A DNA stretch of 64,000 nucleotides from Polyangiales bacterium. Lineage in GTDB: Bacteria; Myxococcota_A; Polyangia; Polyangiales; Ga0077539. Below, one piece after another: positions 1 through 7,901 of the stretch. Under the pieces are notes generated by a model, which was not told where the DNA came from, searched no databases, and worked only from the letters and a program-made list of their open reading frames with translations. How positions within the stretch are numbered: the first letter of the stretch is position 1; the number at the start of each line of letters is the position of its first letter. The stretch spans positions 384,001 through 448,000 of the forward strand of contig JBGARZ010000001.1 in the NCBI GenBank assembly GCA_044229975.1, written 5' to 3'. A program made the position numbers and the translations under genes.

Positions 1-218
1 CCTGGTTGGACACGGGGACGCACGAGGCGCTGCTCCAGGCGAGCCAGTTCGTGCACACGCTGGAGTCGCGGCAGGGGCTCGTCATCGGGTGCCCGGAGGA
101 GGCGGCGGTGCGGATGGGATTCCTGTCGGCCGAGGGGCTGCGGAGGTGCCTGGAGGGCATGCCGAGCGGGCGGTATCGGGCGTACCTCGAAGCGCTGGCG
201 GAGGAGTTTGCGACGTGA
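1..218 (+). CDS. rfbA: Glucose-1-phosphate thymidylyltransferase, C-terminal part (truncated by window edge)
   Basis: WLDTGTHEALLQASQFVHTLESRQGLVIGCPEE matches the conserved RmlA/RfbA C-terminus; its stop overlaps the next start (GTGA). Confidence 0.9.
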   Translation, partial: WLDTGTHEALLQASQFVHTLESRQGLVIGCPEEAAVRMGFLSAEGLRRCLEGMPSGRYRAYLEALAEEFAT

Positions 219-1213
219 GCGCGCTGCGGCCGCACCTCTCGGTGGTCACGCCGACCTACTGCTGCGACGGGTGCCTCGAAGAGCTGCACCGGCGTCTCGT
301 CGCGTGCCTTCCCGCGATCACGCCCAACTTCGAGATCGTGGTGGTCAACGACGGCAGCCCGAAGGCCGACTGGTCCGTCCTCAAGCGCATCGCCGAAGGG
401 GATGCGCGGGTGAAGGCCATCAACCTGTCGCGCAACTTCGGCCAGCACTACGCGCTCGCCGCGGGCATCGACCACGCGGAGGGCGACTGGGTCGTGGTGA
501 TGGACTGCGACCTCCAGGACGCCCCGGAGGACATCGAGCGCCTCTACGCGCGAGCGCTGGAGGGCTTCGACGTCGTCTTCGCGCGTCGGCTCAACAAGCG
601 ATTTTCGGCCTTCAAGCGGGCGACATCGTGGGGCTTCAGCCGGGTGCTCGGCCGGCTCATGGGGCGCGACCTCGACAGCAGCATCGGCACCTTCTCGATC
701 ATCTCGCGGCGGGTGGTGAAGAACCTCCGGCTCTTCAAGGAGCGCAACCGCGCGCACGGCCACTTCGTCGCGTGGCTCGGTTTTCCGACGAGCACCGTCG
801 ACACCGCCCACCGCGACCGCTTCGCGGGAGAGACCACGTACACCCTCGGGCGGATGATCGCGCTCGCCACGGAGTCGGTCATCTCGCAGTCCGACAAGCC
901 GCTGCGGCTGTCGATCCAGTTCGGGGCCGCGGTCGCCGTGTTCGCGTTTGCGTACGGCGTCTACCAGCTCATGCGAGCGCTCATCTGGGGTATCCCCGTA
1001 CCGGGTTGGACCAGCGTGATCGTGTCCCTCTACTTCATCGGGGGACTGCTCTTCGCCAACCTCGGAATCGTCGGCCTCTACATCGGCAAGATCTTCGACG
1101 AGACGCGGCGCCGTCCCCTCTACGTCGTGAAGGAAACTGTCAACGTCGATGAGCCGGAAGACCGCCCTGCAGCGCCGAGGTCCGTGATCGTTGACAAGCC
1201 CCACGGGGCTTGA
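215..1213 (+). CDS. GT2 glycosyltransferase, GtrB/ArnC-like (polyprenol-phosphate sugar transferase)
   Basis: VVNDGS, LSRNFGQHYALAAG, VMDCDLQD motifs; two C-terminal TM helices then RRRPLYVV; GTG start at 215 coupled to rfbA stop. Confidence 0.88.
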   Translation: MSALRPHLSVVTPTYCCDGCLEELHRRLVACLPAITPNFEIVVVNDGSPKADWSVLKRIAEGDARVKAINLSRNFGQHYALAAGIDHAEGDWVVVMDCDLQDAPEDIERLYARALEGFDVVFARRLNKRFSAFKRATSWGFSRVLGRLMGRDLDSSIGTFSIISRRVVKNLRLFKERNRAHGHFVAWLGFPTSTVDTAHRDRFAGETTYTLGRMIALATESVISQSDKPLRLSIQFGAAVAVFAFAYGVYQLMRALIWGIPVPGWTSVIVSLYFIGGLLFANLGIVGLYIGKIFDETRRRPLYVVKETVNVDEPEDRPAAPRSVIVDKPHGA

Positions 1214-1242
1214 GAAAAATCCGGGAAGATACGAGGAGCAGG

Positions 1243-1476
1243 ATGAACAAGACCGAGTTCTACGCGACGATCGACGAGATTCTTGAAGAGGCTCCAGGCA
1301 CCATCAAGGGGGATGAGCGATTGAAGGATCTCGCGGCGTGGGACTCCCTCGCCGTGGTGAGCTTCATCGCGATGATGCACGCGAGCCTCCAGTACACGAT
1401 TCCCGCCGCGAAGGTGAAGGAGTGCCGCACGATCTCCGACCTCCTCGCCCTCGTCGCCGACAAGCTCGCCGACTGA
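1243..1476 (+). CDS. Acyl carrier protein
   Basis: 77 aa, acidic N-terminal half, WDSL phosphopantetheine motif; AGGAG RBS upstream of ATG 1243. Confidence 0.9.
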   Translation: MNKTEFYATIDEILEEAPGTIKGDERLKDLAAWDSLAVVSFIAMMHASLQYTIPAAKVKECRTISDLLALVADKLAD

Positions 1477-1515
1477 CCTTCTTCTTCCCATCTCACCCCG
1501 CACGGAGCGCTCTGC

Positions 1516-2667
1516 ATGGCTGTCACACGCATTCAAAATGTCCGCGTGGCGGGCATCGCCAGCGCGGTTCCTGATCGCATTCGCACCGCGGCCGACGACG
1601 CCGTCCGCTTCGGCGAGGAGGAGATGCGCCGGGTCGTGAAGAACACCGGCGTGACGAAGCGCTCGGTGGCCGATCACCTCTGCACCACCGACCTCTGCCA
1701 GCACGCCGCCGAGCGGCTGCTCGCCGACCTGGGTTGGGACAAGGAGAGCATCGACGTCCTCATCCTCGTGACGCAGACGCCGGACTACCCCTCGCCCGCG
1801 TCGTCGTGCCTCATCCAGGCCCGCATGGGGCTCAGCACCGGCTGCGCCGCCTTCGACGTCAACCTCGGGTGCTCGGGCTACACGTACGGCCTCTGGATGG
1901 CCGCCAACTTCCTCCAGTCGGGCGGCGGCATGAAGCGGGCACTGGTGCTCGCGGGCGACACCGTCTCGCGCGCCGCGTCGCCGGAAGACCGCTCGGTGGT
2001 GCCGCTCTTCGGTGACGGCGGCAGCGCGACGGCGCTGGAGTTCTCGCCCGGTGCGCCCGCCATCGACTGTGTGATGGGCACCGACGGCCGCGGAGGCGTC
2101 CACCTGCACTGCCTCGCGGGCGGCTACAAGCACCGCTTCACGCCGTCGGACTTCGAGATGTTTCTCCGCGCCGACGGCATCGTCCGCAGCAACGAGCAGA
2201 CGTTCATGAACGGCGCGGAGGTGCTCACCTTCGCCATCGAGTCGGTTCCGCCGTTGCTCGCCGCGACGCGCACGGCCGCGGGCTGGAGCGAGGCCGACGT
2301 CGACCACTACGTCTTCCACCAGGCGAGTCAGTTCATGGTGAAGACCGTCGCGCGCTGCTCGCGGCTGCCCGCCCCGAAGGTGGTGTTGGGCCTGGAGGGC
2401 TACGGCAACACGAGCTCGACCTCCATCCCGCTGGCCATCAACGATCAGCTCCGCGAGAAGCTCACCGAGGGCTCGGCGCGCGTGATGATGGCGGGCTTCG
2501 GCATCGGGTGGTCGTGGTGCTCCTTCGCCACCACCCTCGGTCCGATGGTGCTGCCGCCGGTGCTTCGCATGCCCGACGTTCCGCACCGCGGCGAGTTCGA
2601 AGACCTCGCGCTCCACCGCGCCAAGACGGACGAAGAGGTCGAGCGCACGCATGGCATCTTCGGCTGA
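1516..2667 (+). CDS. 3-oxoacyl-ACP synthase III (FabH-like)
   Basis: DVNLGCSGY (catalytic Cys), FHQAS (His), YGNTSSTSIP (Asn), GFGIGWSW. Confidence 0.92.
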   Translation: MAVTRIQNVRVAGIASAVPDRIRTAADDAVRFGEEEMRRVVKNTGVTKRSVADHLCTTDLCQHAAERLLADLGWDKESIDVLILVTQTPDYPSPASSCLIQARMGLSTGCAAFDVNLGCSGYTYGLWMAANFLQSGGGMKRALVLAGDTVSRAASPEDRSVVPLFGDGGSATALEFSPGAPAIDCVMGTDGRGGVHLHCLAGGYKHRFTPSDFEMFLRADGIVRSNEQTFMNGAEVLTFAIESVPPLLAATRTAAGWSEADVDHYVFHQASQFMVKTVARCSRLPAPKVVLGLEGYGNTSSTSIPLAINDQLREKLTEGSARVMMAGFGIGWSWCSFATTLGPMVLPPVLRMPDVPHRGEFEDLALHRAKTDEEVERTHGIFG

Positions 2668-3307
2668 CGAAGACGACTGGGACCCGGACTTCCTCGCGAC
2701 CCTCCCCGACGGCCCGGCGGTGGGTTCGCCGCTCGACCCGTCGAGCTGGTACACCAACTACGGGGTGACCCTCACCGACCTCGCGGAGTGGAACATCGAG
2801 CTGCTCCGGCGGTGGCGAAACCACCCGGAGGTCACGCAGTTCATGGTGTACCGCGAGCACATCACCGCGGAGATGCAGCGCGAGTGGTATCGCTCTCTCG
2901 ACAAGGAGCGAAACCGGTATTGCTTCATCTCCTATGAGAAGAAGCCCATCGGCATCTGCCACACCAAGAACATCGACCTCGACGCCATGACCGGAGAAGG
3001 CGGCATGCTCATCTGGTCGAAGGAGCACCAGAACTCCCTGGTCCCCTTCCGCGCCGCCCTCGCCGGGCTCGACTGGAACTTCCTCAAGCTCGGCTTCCGC
3101 GCCATGACGGTCACGGTGCTCAGGTCCAACCGCCGGGCCATTCGCTACAACCGCGCCCTGGGATATCGGTTTGCCGACCCCGATGGCGCGGGCGAGACCC
3201 TCATCGGCACGCTCACCCCGGAGGACTACCTCGCGGCGACGGTGTCCGTGAAGCAGGTGCTCCTGGCCGAGGACGCTGCCCGCGCGGCCTCAGCCGACGG
3301 GGGCTGA
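2651..3307 (+). CDS. GNAT acyltransferase (PseH/RimL-like)
   Basis: ELLRRWRNHPEV...ITAEMQREWY and VLRSNRRAIRYNRALGY resemble PseH-type GNATs. Confidence 0.75.
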   Translation: MASSADEDDWDPDFLATLPDGPAVGSPLDPSSWYTNYGVTLTDLAEWNIELLRRWRNHPEVTQFMVYREHITAEMQREWYRSLDKERNRYCFISYEKKPIGICHTKNIDLDAMTGEGGMLIWSKEHQNSLVPFRAALAGLDWNFLKLGFRAMTVTVLRSNRRAIRYNRALGYRFADPDGAGETLIGTLTPEDYLAATVSVKQVLLAEDAARAASADGG

Positions 3308-4408
3308 TCGGTCGGCGCCGCGGCGCTCGACGAGGTACCGCTGAAACGCCGCGACGCGCTCTTCGCGGGCGCCGATGATGCCGCGGTTGCGGCTGCTGGT
3401 GAGGCCGCGCTGCACGGACTCCCAGAGGCTCGCGTCTTCACCCAGGATCTTGTCGGCGGACTGCCGGGTGCGGTGTCGCAGCAGTCGGTTGGCGAGGGTG
3501 AGGAAGGGGATGCCCCGCACGTCGGCGTCGCGCGGGAGGAAGCCGTAGCCGACGCGTCGCGAGCGCGTGGGCGACAGCGGAACGGCCACCACCCATTCGC
3601 GGTAGTACCCGGAGTAGGTGATGAGGTTGTTGGGAAAGAGGTGGGTGTGGGAATAGCCCCAGGAGGGCAATCGCGGGAACACCACCTGGTCGGCGATGTG
3701 CCAGCGGAGCTGCTTCGGGGCGCTGGGAATCGCGTGATACTGGGTGTATCCGGGCTCGACGCGGTGGTCGTGGTGGCGCTCCTCCGCGTACGTCTTGAAG
3801 GTGGTCTGATGGACCATCGGGACGTGGTAGCTCTCCACCGCGTTTTCCACGATGACCTTCCAGTTGGCCTCGTGCTCGGTCACCTGGGTCCAGACGTGGT
3901 CGAGCGGGTCGAAGTGGCGTGAGAGGTCGTCGGCGAGGCCCCCCAGAGCATCTCGGAGCGCACCACCCGCCGGGTCGACGCTGACGAAGACGAGGTTGGC
4001 GAAGCGCTCGACGCGGACCGCGTCGAGGCAGGCGTCGCGGGCCTTGAAGCCCACGAACGACCTACCGTCGGGCAGGTGCGAGAGCTTGCCCGCGCCGTCG
4101 AACTCCCACCCGTGGTACTGGCACTTGAGCTTCTCGGCGCTGCCGCAGCCGGGGCGCACGATGAGGCTATGGCGGTGGGGGCAGACGTTGACGAAGGCCC
4201 GTAGCGCGCCGTCCATGTTGCGCACGACCACCGGCACGCCCGCGACCTCGGTGGAGACGTAGTCGCCGGGGCGGGCGAGGCTCGCGGCGGTACCGATGCA
4301 ATGCCACCCGGGGCGAAACACCTCCTCGCGCTCGCGGGCGAAGCTCTCGGCGCTCGTGTAGTCCGTCGGCGTGAGCAGGTGGGGATGCGCTCCTCGGCTC
4401 AAGAACAT
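3290..4408 (-). CDS. Rieske non-heme iron oxygenase alpha subunit
   Basis: Rieske CPHRH...CQYHGW; mononuclear iron site NWKVIVENAVESYHVPMVH and distal GED. Confidence 0.9.
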   Translation of the reverse strand: MFLSRGAHPHLLTPTDYTSAESFAREREEVFRPGWHCIGTAASLARPGDYVSTEVAGVPVVVRNMDGALRAFVNVCPHRHSLIVRPGCGSAEKLKCQYHGWEFDGAGKLSHLPDGRSFVGFKARDACLDAVRVERFANLVFVSVDPAGGALRDALGGLADDLSRHFDPLDHVWTQVTEHEANWKVIVENAVESYHVPMVHQTTFKTYAEERHHDHRVEPGYTQYHAIPSAPKQLRWHIADQVVFPRLPSWGYSHTHLFPNNLITYSGYYREWVVAVPLSPTRSRRVGYGFLPRDADVRGIPFLTLANRLLRHRTRQSADKILGEDASLWESVQRGLTSSRNRGIIGAREERVAAFQRYLVERRGADRSAPVG

Positions 4409-4421
4409 CGGGGCCTGCCCT

Positions 4422-5168
4422 TCACGTCATGAACCAGCCGCCGTCGAGGTCGAAGACCTGTCCGGAGACGTAGTCGCCGTACTTCGAAGCGAGCATGAGA
4501 ATCCAGGCGGAGATCTCTTCGGTGGTGCCGAAGCGCTTCACGAGCTGGCGGGCGATGACGTTCTCCCGGTTGGTCTCGGCGGTCATCTCCGTGTCGATGG
4601 CGCCGAGGGAGATGCAGTTGACCCGGATGTTGCGCGCCGCGAACTCCACCGCGAGGCACCTGGTCAGCGTCTCGACCGCGCCCTTGGCCGCGCCGTAGTT
4701 GGACTGACCGCGCGTCGGCCGCGACGCCGCGACGGACGACAGGTTGACGATGCGCCCCCACTTGCGGACCCACATCGTCTGCGCGACGAGCCGGCTCAGG
4801 TACACGACGGACATGAGGTTGACGTCGAGGACGGTCTTCCAGTCCTCGGGCTCGAGGAGGAGGAAGACGTCGTTGTGGATGGAGCCCGCGTTGTTGATGA
4901 GGATATCGATGGCCCCGACGCCTTCGACCGCCTGGCGATGGATGCGCTCGCACTCCTCCGCCTGCCCGACGTCGCCGCCGACCGCGACGGCCTTGCGGCC
5001 CATCGCGCGAATCTCCTCGACCACCGACTGCGCCTCGGACTCGCGCGTGCGGTACCCCACCGCGACGTCGCAGCCCGCCTCGGCGAGCCGTAGCGCGGTC
5101 GCCCGTCCGATGCCGCGTCCTCCGCCTGTGACCAGCGCGTGCCGCCCCTTGAGGTCGATGTCGATCAT
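4422..5168 (-). CDS. FabG-like SDR (3-oxoacyl-ACP reductase)
   Basis: TGGGRGIG, NNAG, YGAAK; start placed at ATG 5168 (MIDIDLKG). Confidence 0.9.
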   Translation of the reverse strand: MIDIDLKGRHALVTGGGRGIGRATALRLAEAGCDVAVGYRTRESEAQSVVEEIRAMGRKAVAVGGDVGQAEECERIHRQAVEGVGAIDILINNAGSIHNDVFLLLEPEDWKTVLDVNLMSVVYLSRLVAQTMWVRKWGRIVNLSSVAASRPTRGQSNYGAAKGAVETLTRCLAVEFAARNIRVNCISLGAIDTEMTAETNRENVIARQLVKRFGTTEEISAWILMLASKYGDYVSGQVFDLDGGWFMT

Positions 5169-5266
5169 GGATGTGTTCTCCGCGGGCGGTCGCACGCTAC
5201 CATGGTGACCCCGCGCCGCGACGGTGAAGTCACCGCCGAGCCCGCGCGGACGACAGGAGCATTCGC

Positions 5267-6013
5267 ATGATCGCGTTCGATGGCGACAACGTCTTCCTCG
5301 TCACTGGTGCGGGCTCGGGCATCGGCCGTGCAATCGCTCTTCGCCTCGTCGGCCTCGGCGCCGTGGTCCTCGGGGTCGGCCGCAACGAGGAGCGCCTCGC
5401 CGAGACCAAGGCCCTCGCGGCTGACCCTGCCCGCTTCCACGCCCTCGTGCGCGACCTCGGTCACGACGTCGACGCGCTGCCCGAGTGGGTGCGGGAGACG
5501 TCCGCGAAGCACGGCGCGCTGCGCGGTCTGGTGCACGCCGCGGCGCAGTACGACGTGATGCCGCTGCGGGTGCTCAGCATGCCGTACGCACGCGAGGTCT
5601 TCGAGGTGAACTTCTTCGCCGGGCTCGCGCTCGCCAAGGGCTTCTGCCGCAAGGGGGTGTACGCGCCGGGCGGGTCGTCGGTGGTGTTCATCTCGTCGGT
5701 GTCGTCGGTGCGCGGCTACAACGCCGTCGCGGCCTACGCGGCCTCGAAGGGCGCCATCAACGCCGCGGTGCGCTCGCTCGCGCGGGAAAACGCGCGCCTC
5801 GGCGTGCGCTTCAACGCCGTGCTCCCCGGCGTGACGGACACCGACATGCTCAAGAAGACCGCGCCCGAGGAGGTGGAGTACCTCGTCGCGCAGCAGCCGC
5901 TCGGCATGGGCCGCCCCGAGGACACCGCCGACGCCTGCGCCTTCCTGCTCTCCAGCGCATCGCGGATGATCACCGGCCAGTGCATCGGCGTCGACGGCGG
6001 CGCCACCCTCTGA
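5267..6013 (+). CDS. SDR family oxidoreductase
   Basis: TGAGSGIG, YAASK, C-terminal ITGQCIGVDGG; AGGAG RBS. Confidence 0.9.
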   Translation: MIAFDGDNVFLVTGAGSGIGRAIALRLVGLGAVVLGVGRNEERLAETKALAADPARFHALVRDLGHDVDALPEWVRETSAKHGALRGLVHAAAQYDVMPLRVLSMPYAREVFEVNFFAGLALAKGFCRKGVYAPGGSSVVFISSVSSVRGYNAVAAYAASKGAINAAVRSLARENARLGVRFNAVLPGVTDTDMLKKTAPEEVEYLVAQQPLGMGRPEDTADACAFLLSSASRMITGQCIGVDGGATL

Positions 6014-6039
6014 ACGTTGCACCCCCAGACAGAGGCCCA

Positions 6040-7041
6040 GTGAACGCAGCGATCATCGACATCGCCGAGCACCTCCCCGAGGAGCGGCTCACCAACGAAG
6101 ACCTCTCGCGCGAGCGCCCCGAGTGGCCCGTCGCGAAGATCGCCGCGAAGGTGGGCATCGAGACCCGCCGCATCGCTGCACCGGGCGAGCTCTCGTCCGA
6201 CCTCGGCGTGGCCGCGGCGCAGAAGCTCTTCGCCCGCGGGCGCTGCTCCCCCGACGACATCGACTTCTTGCTCTTCTGCACGCAGAGCCCGGACTACTTC
6301 CTCCCGACGACGGCGTGTGTGGTGCAGGAGCGCCTCGGCCTGCCGCGCACCGCGGGCGCGCTCGATTTCAACCTAGGGTGCTCGGGCTACACGTACGGGC
6401 TCGCGCTCGCCAAGGGGCTCGTCGAGACGGGTCAGGCGCGCAACGTCCTGCTCGTCACTGCGGAGACGTACAGCAAGTTTCTCGCGCCCGACGACCGGGG
6501 CGTGCGGACCATCTTCGGCGACGGCGCGGCGGCCACCCTCGTCGGCGCGGTGCCGACCCTCCCCGACGACGGAACCGCGTGGATCGGGCGTACCCTCTTC
6601 GGCACCGACGGCCGCGGGGCGGAGGACCTCATCGTGCGCACGGGCGGTCTGCGCGAACCGGCCACCGACACTTCGCCGCCGCGGCTGGAGATGCGCGGCG
6701 CGGAGATCTACGCGTACACCCTGGAGGTCATCCCGGCGGCGGTGCGCGAGCTGCTGGCGCGCACGGACGAGCGCATCGAGGACATCGACCTGTTCGTGTT
6801 CCATCAGGCCAACCGGCACATGCTGGAGGCGCTGCGGCGCTTCATCGGCATCGCGCCGGAGCGCTTCTTCTTCCACCTGTGCGACGTGGGCAACACCGTG
6901 TCGGCGACCATCCCGATGGCGCTGCGCGCGGCAGCCGATCAGGGCGCGCTGAAGCCCGGGCACCGCGTGGTGCTGGTCGGCTTCGGCGTCGGCTACTCGC
7001 TGGCGCTCACGCGCATCGTCTGGCGCGGCGACGCGGCCTGA
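6040..7041 (+). CDS. Second 3-oxoacyl-ACP synthase III (FabH-like)
   Basis: DFNLGCSGY, FHQAN, VGNTVSATIP, GFGVGYS; GTG start at 6040 inside ORF 5485..7041. Confidence 0.92.
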   Translation: MNAAIIDIAEHLPEERLTNEDLSRERPEWPVAKIAAKVGIETRRIAAPGELSSDLGVAAAQKLFARGRCSPDDIDFLLFCTQSPDYFLPTTACVVQERLGLPRTAGALDFNLGCSGYTYGLALAKGLVETGQARNVLLVTAETYSKFLAPDDRGVRTIFGDGAAATLVGAVPTLPDDGTAWIGRTLFGTDGRGAEDLIVRTGGLREPATDTSPPRLEMRGAEIYAYTLEVIPAAVRELLARTDERIEDIDLFVFHQANRHMLEALRRFIGIAPERFFFHLCDVGNTVSATIPMALRAAADQGALKPGHRVVLVGFGVGYSLALTRIVWRGDAA

Positions 7042-7053
7042 CCTGCCTCCCCC

Positions 7054-7848
7054 TCAGCGGGGAGGCAGGAAGGGGACGTGCGGCTGCAACGGCAGGTACG
7101 CCCGCCACGCCGCGGAGAGCAGCCGGTGCAGCGGCATGCGCGCCGCCGTCGGGAGGTGCTCGGTGGTGTCGGTTCGCTTGAGGGCCTGTCGCAAACGCGC
7201 CTCGATGCGGAAGATGAGCAACGAGCCGAGGACCTTCGAGCAGACCGAGTGCAACGCGTCGACGTACTCGGGGAGCATCACGTCGATGATCATCACGAGA
7301 CGGGGTGCGCCCGAGAGGTTCCAGGCCCGGTGGATGTAGGCGTCGCAGAAGAGGAGCATGCGGCCCTCCTCCCAGGCGCGTGACTCGCCATCGACCTCCA
7401 GGCCGCACTCGGGCAGGCCCGCCGGGACCTTCAGCGCGAGGTGACCGCGCACGATCATGTTGGAGTCGCCATGGTGGGGCTTGATCTCGCTCGGTGAGTC
7501 GAGCCAGCTGAAGCTCGCCGACACGAGCCCGGGGATGCGACGCAGCAGCGCCTCGGTGCGAGGGAAGTCCTTGAGGTTGTGGTGGTAGCTGAGCCCATGG
7601 ACGAAGAGCGAGTGCGTCTTCCACGCGCCGTGGCGGGTGATCATCGCCTCGTCGAAGAAGGTCTTGAGCGAGCGGCCCTCGCCGAAGCGGGCCTCGAACT
7701 CCTCGCGCACGACGTGCCAGTTGTCCTCCATGATGCGCGGCCATCCGAGGTCGGCCGCGTCGTAGTAGGCCGGGTCGCCGCCCGCGTACTCGTGGGGTGC
7801 GCCGAAGCCGAACCAGGGAGGTGCGCGGTCAGGAGAGGGGGCGGACAT
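7054..7848 (-). CDS. Aspartyl/asparaginyl beta-hydroxylase family Fe(II)/2-oxoglutarate dioxygenase (LpxO-related)
   Basis: FSWL..SEIKPHHGD, RGHLAL, WEEGRMLLFCDAYIHRAWN...RLVMIID. Confidence 0.85.
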   Translation of the reverse strand: MSAPSPDRAPPWFGFGAPHEYAGGDPAYYDAADLGWPRIMEDNWHVVREEFEARFGEGRSLKTFFDEAMITRHGAWKTHSLFVHGLSYHHNLKDFPRTEALLRRIPGLVSASFSWLDSPSEIKPHHGDSNMIVRGHLALKVPAGLPECGLEVDGESRAWEEGRMLLFCDAYIHRAWNLSGAPRLVMIIDVMLPEYVDALHSVCSKVLGSLLIFRIEARLRQALKRTDTTEHLPTAARMPLHRLLSAAWRAYLPLQPHVPFLPPR

Positions 7849-7901
7849 GGGCGGGTTGTGACGGTACCACCAGCGTCACGCCCGAACGCAACGGCGTCGT
7901 G

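Noticed and set aside
1243..7041. ACP/KAS III cluster as the substrate source for the PhcB-like enzyme
   Set aside because: About 50 kb apart and embedded in a glycan locus; no sequence evidence of a link
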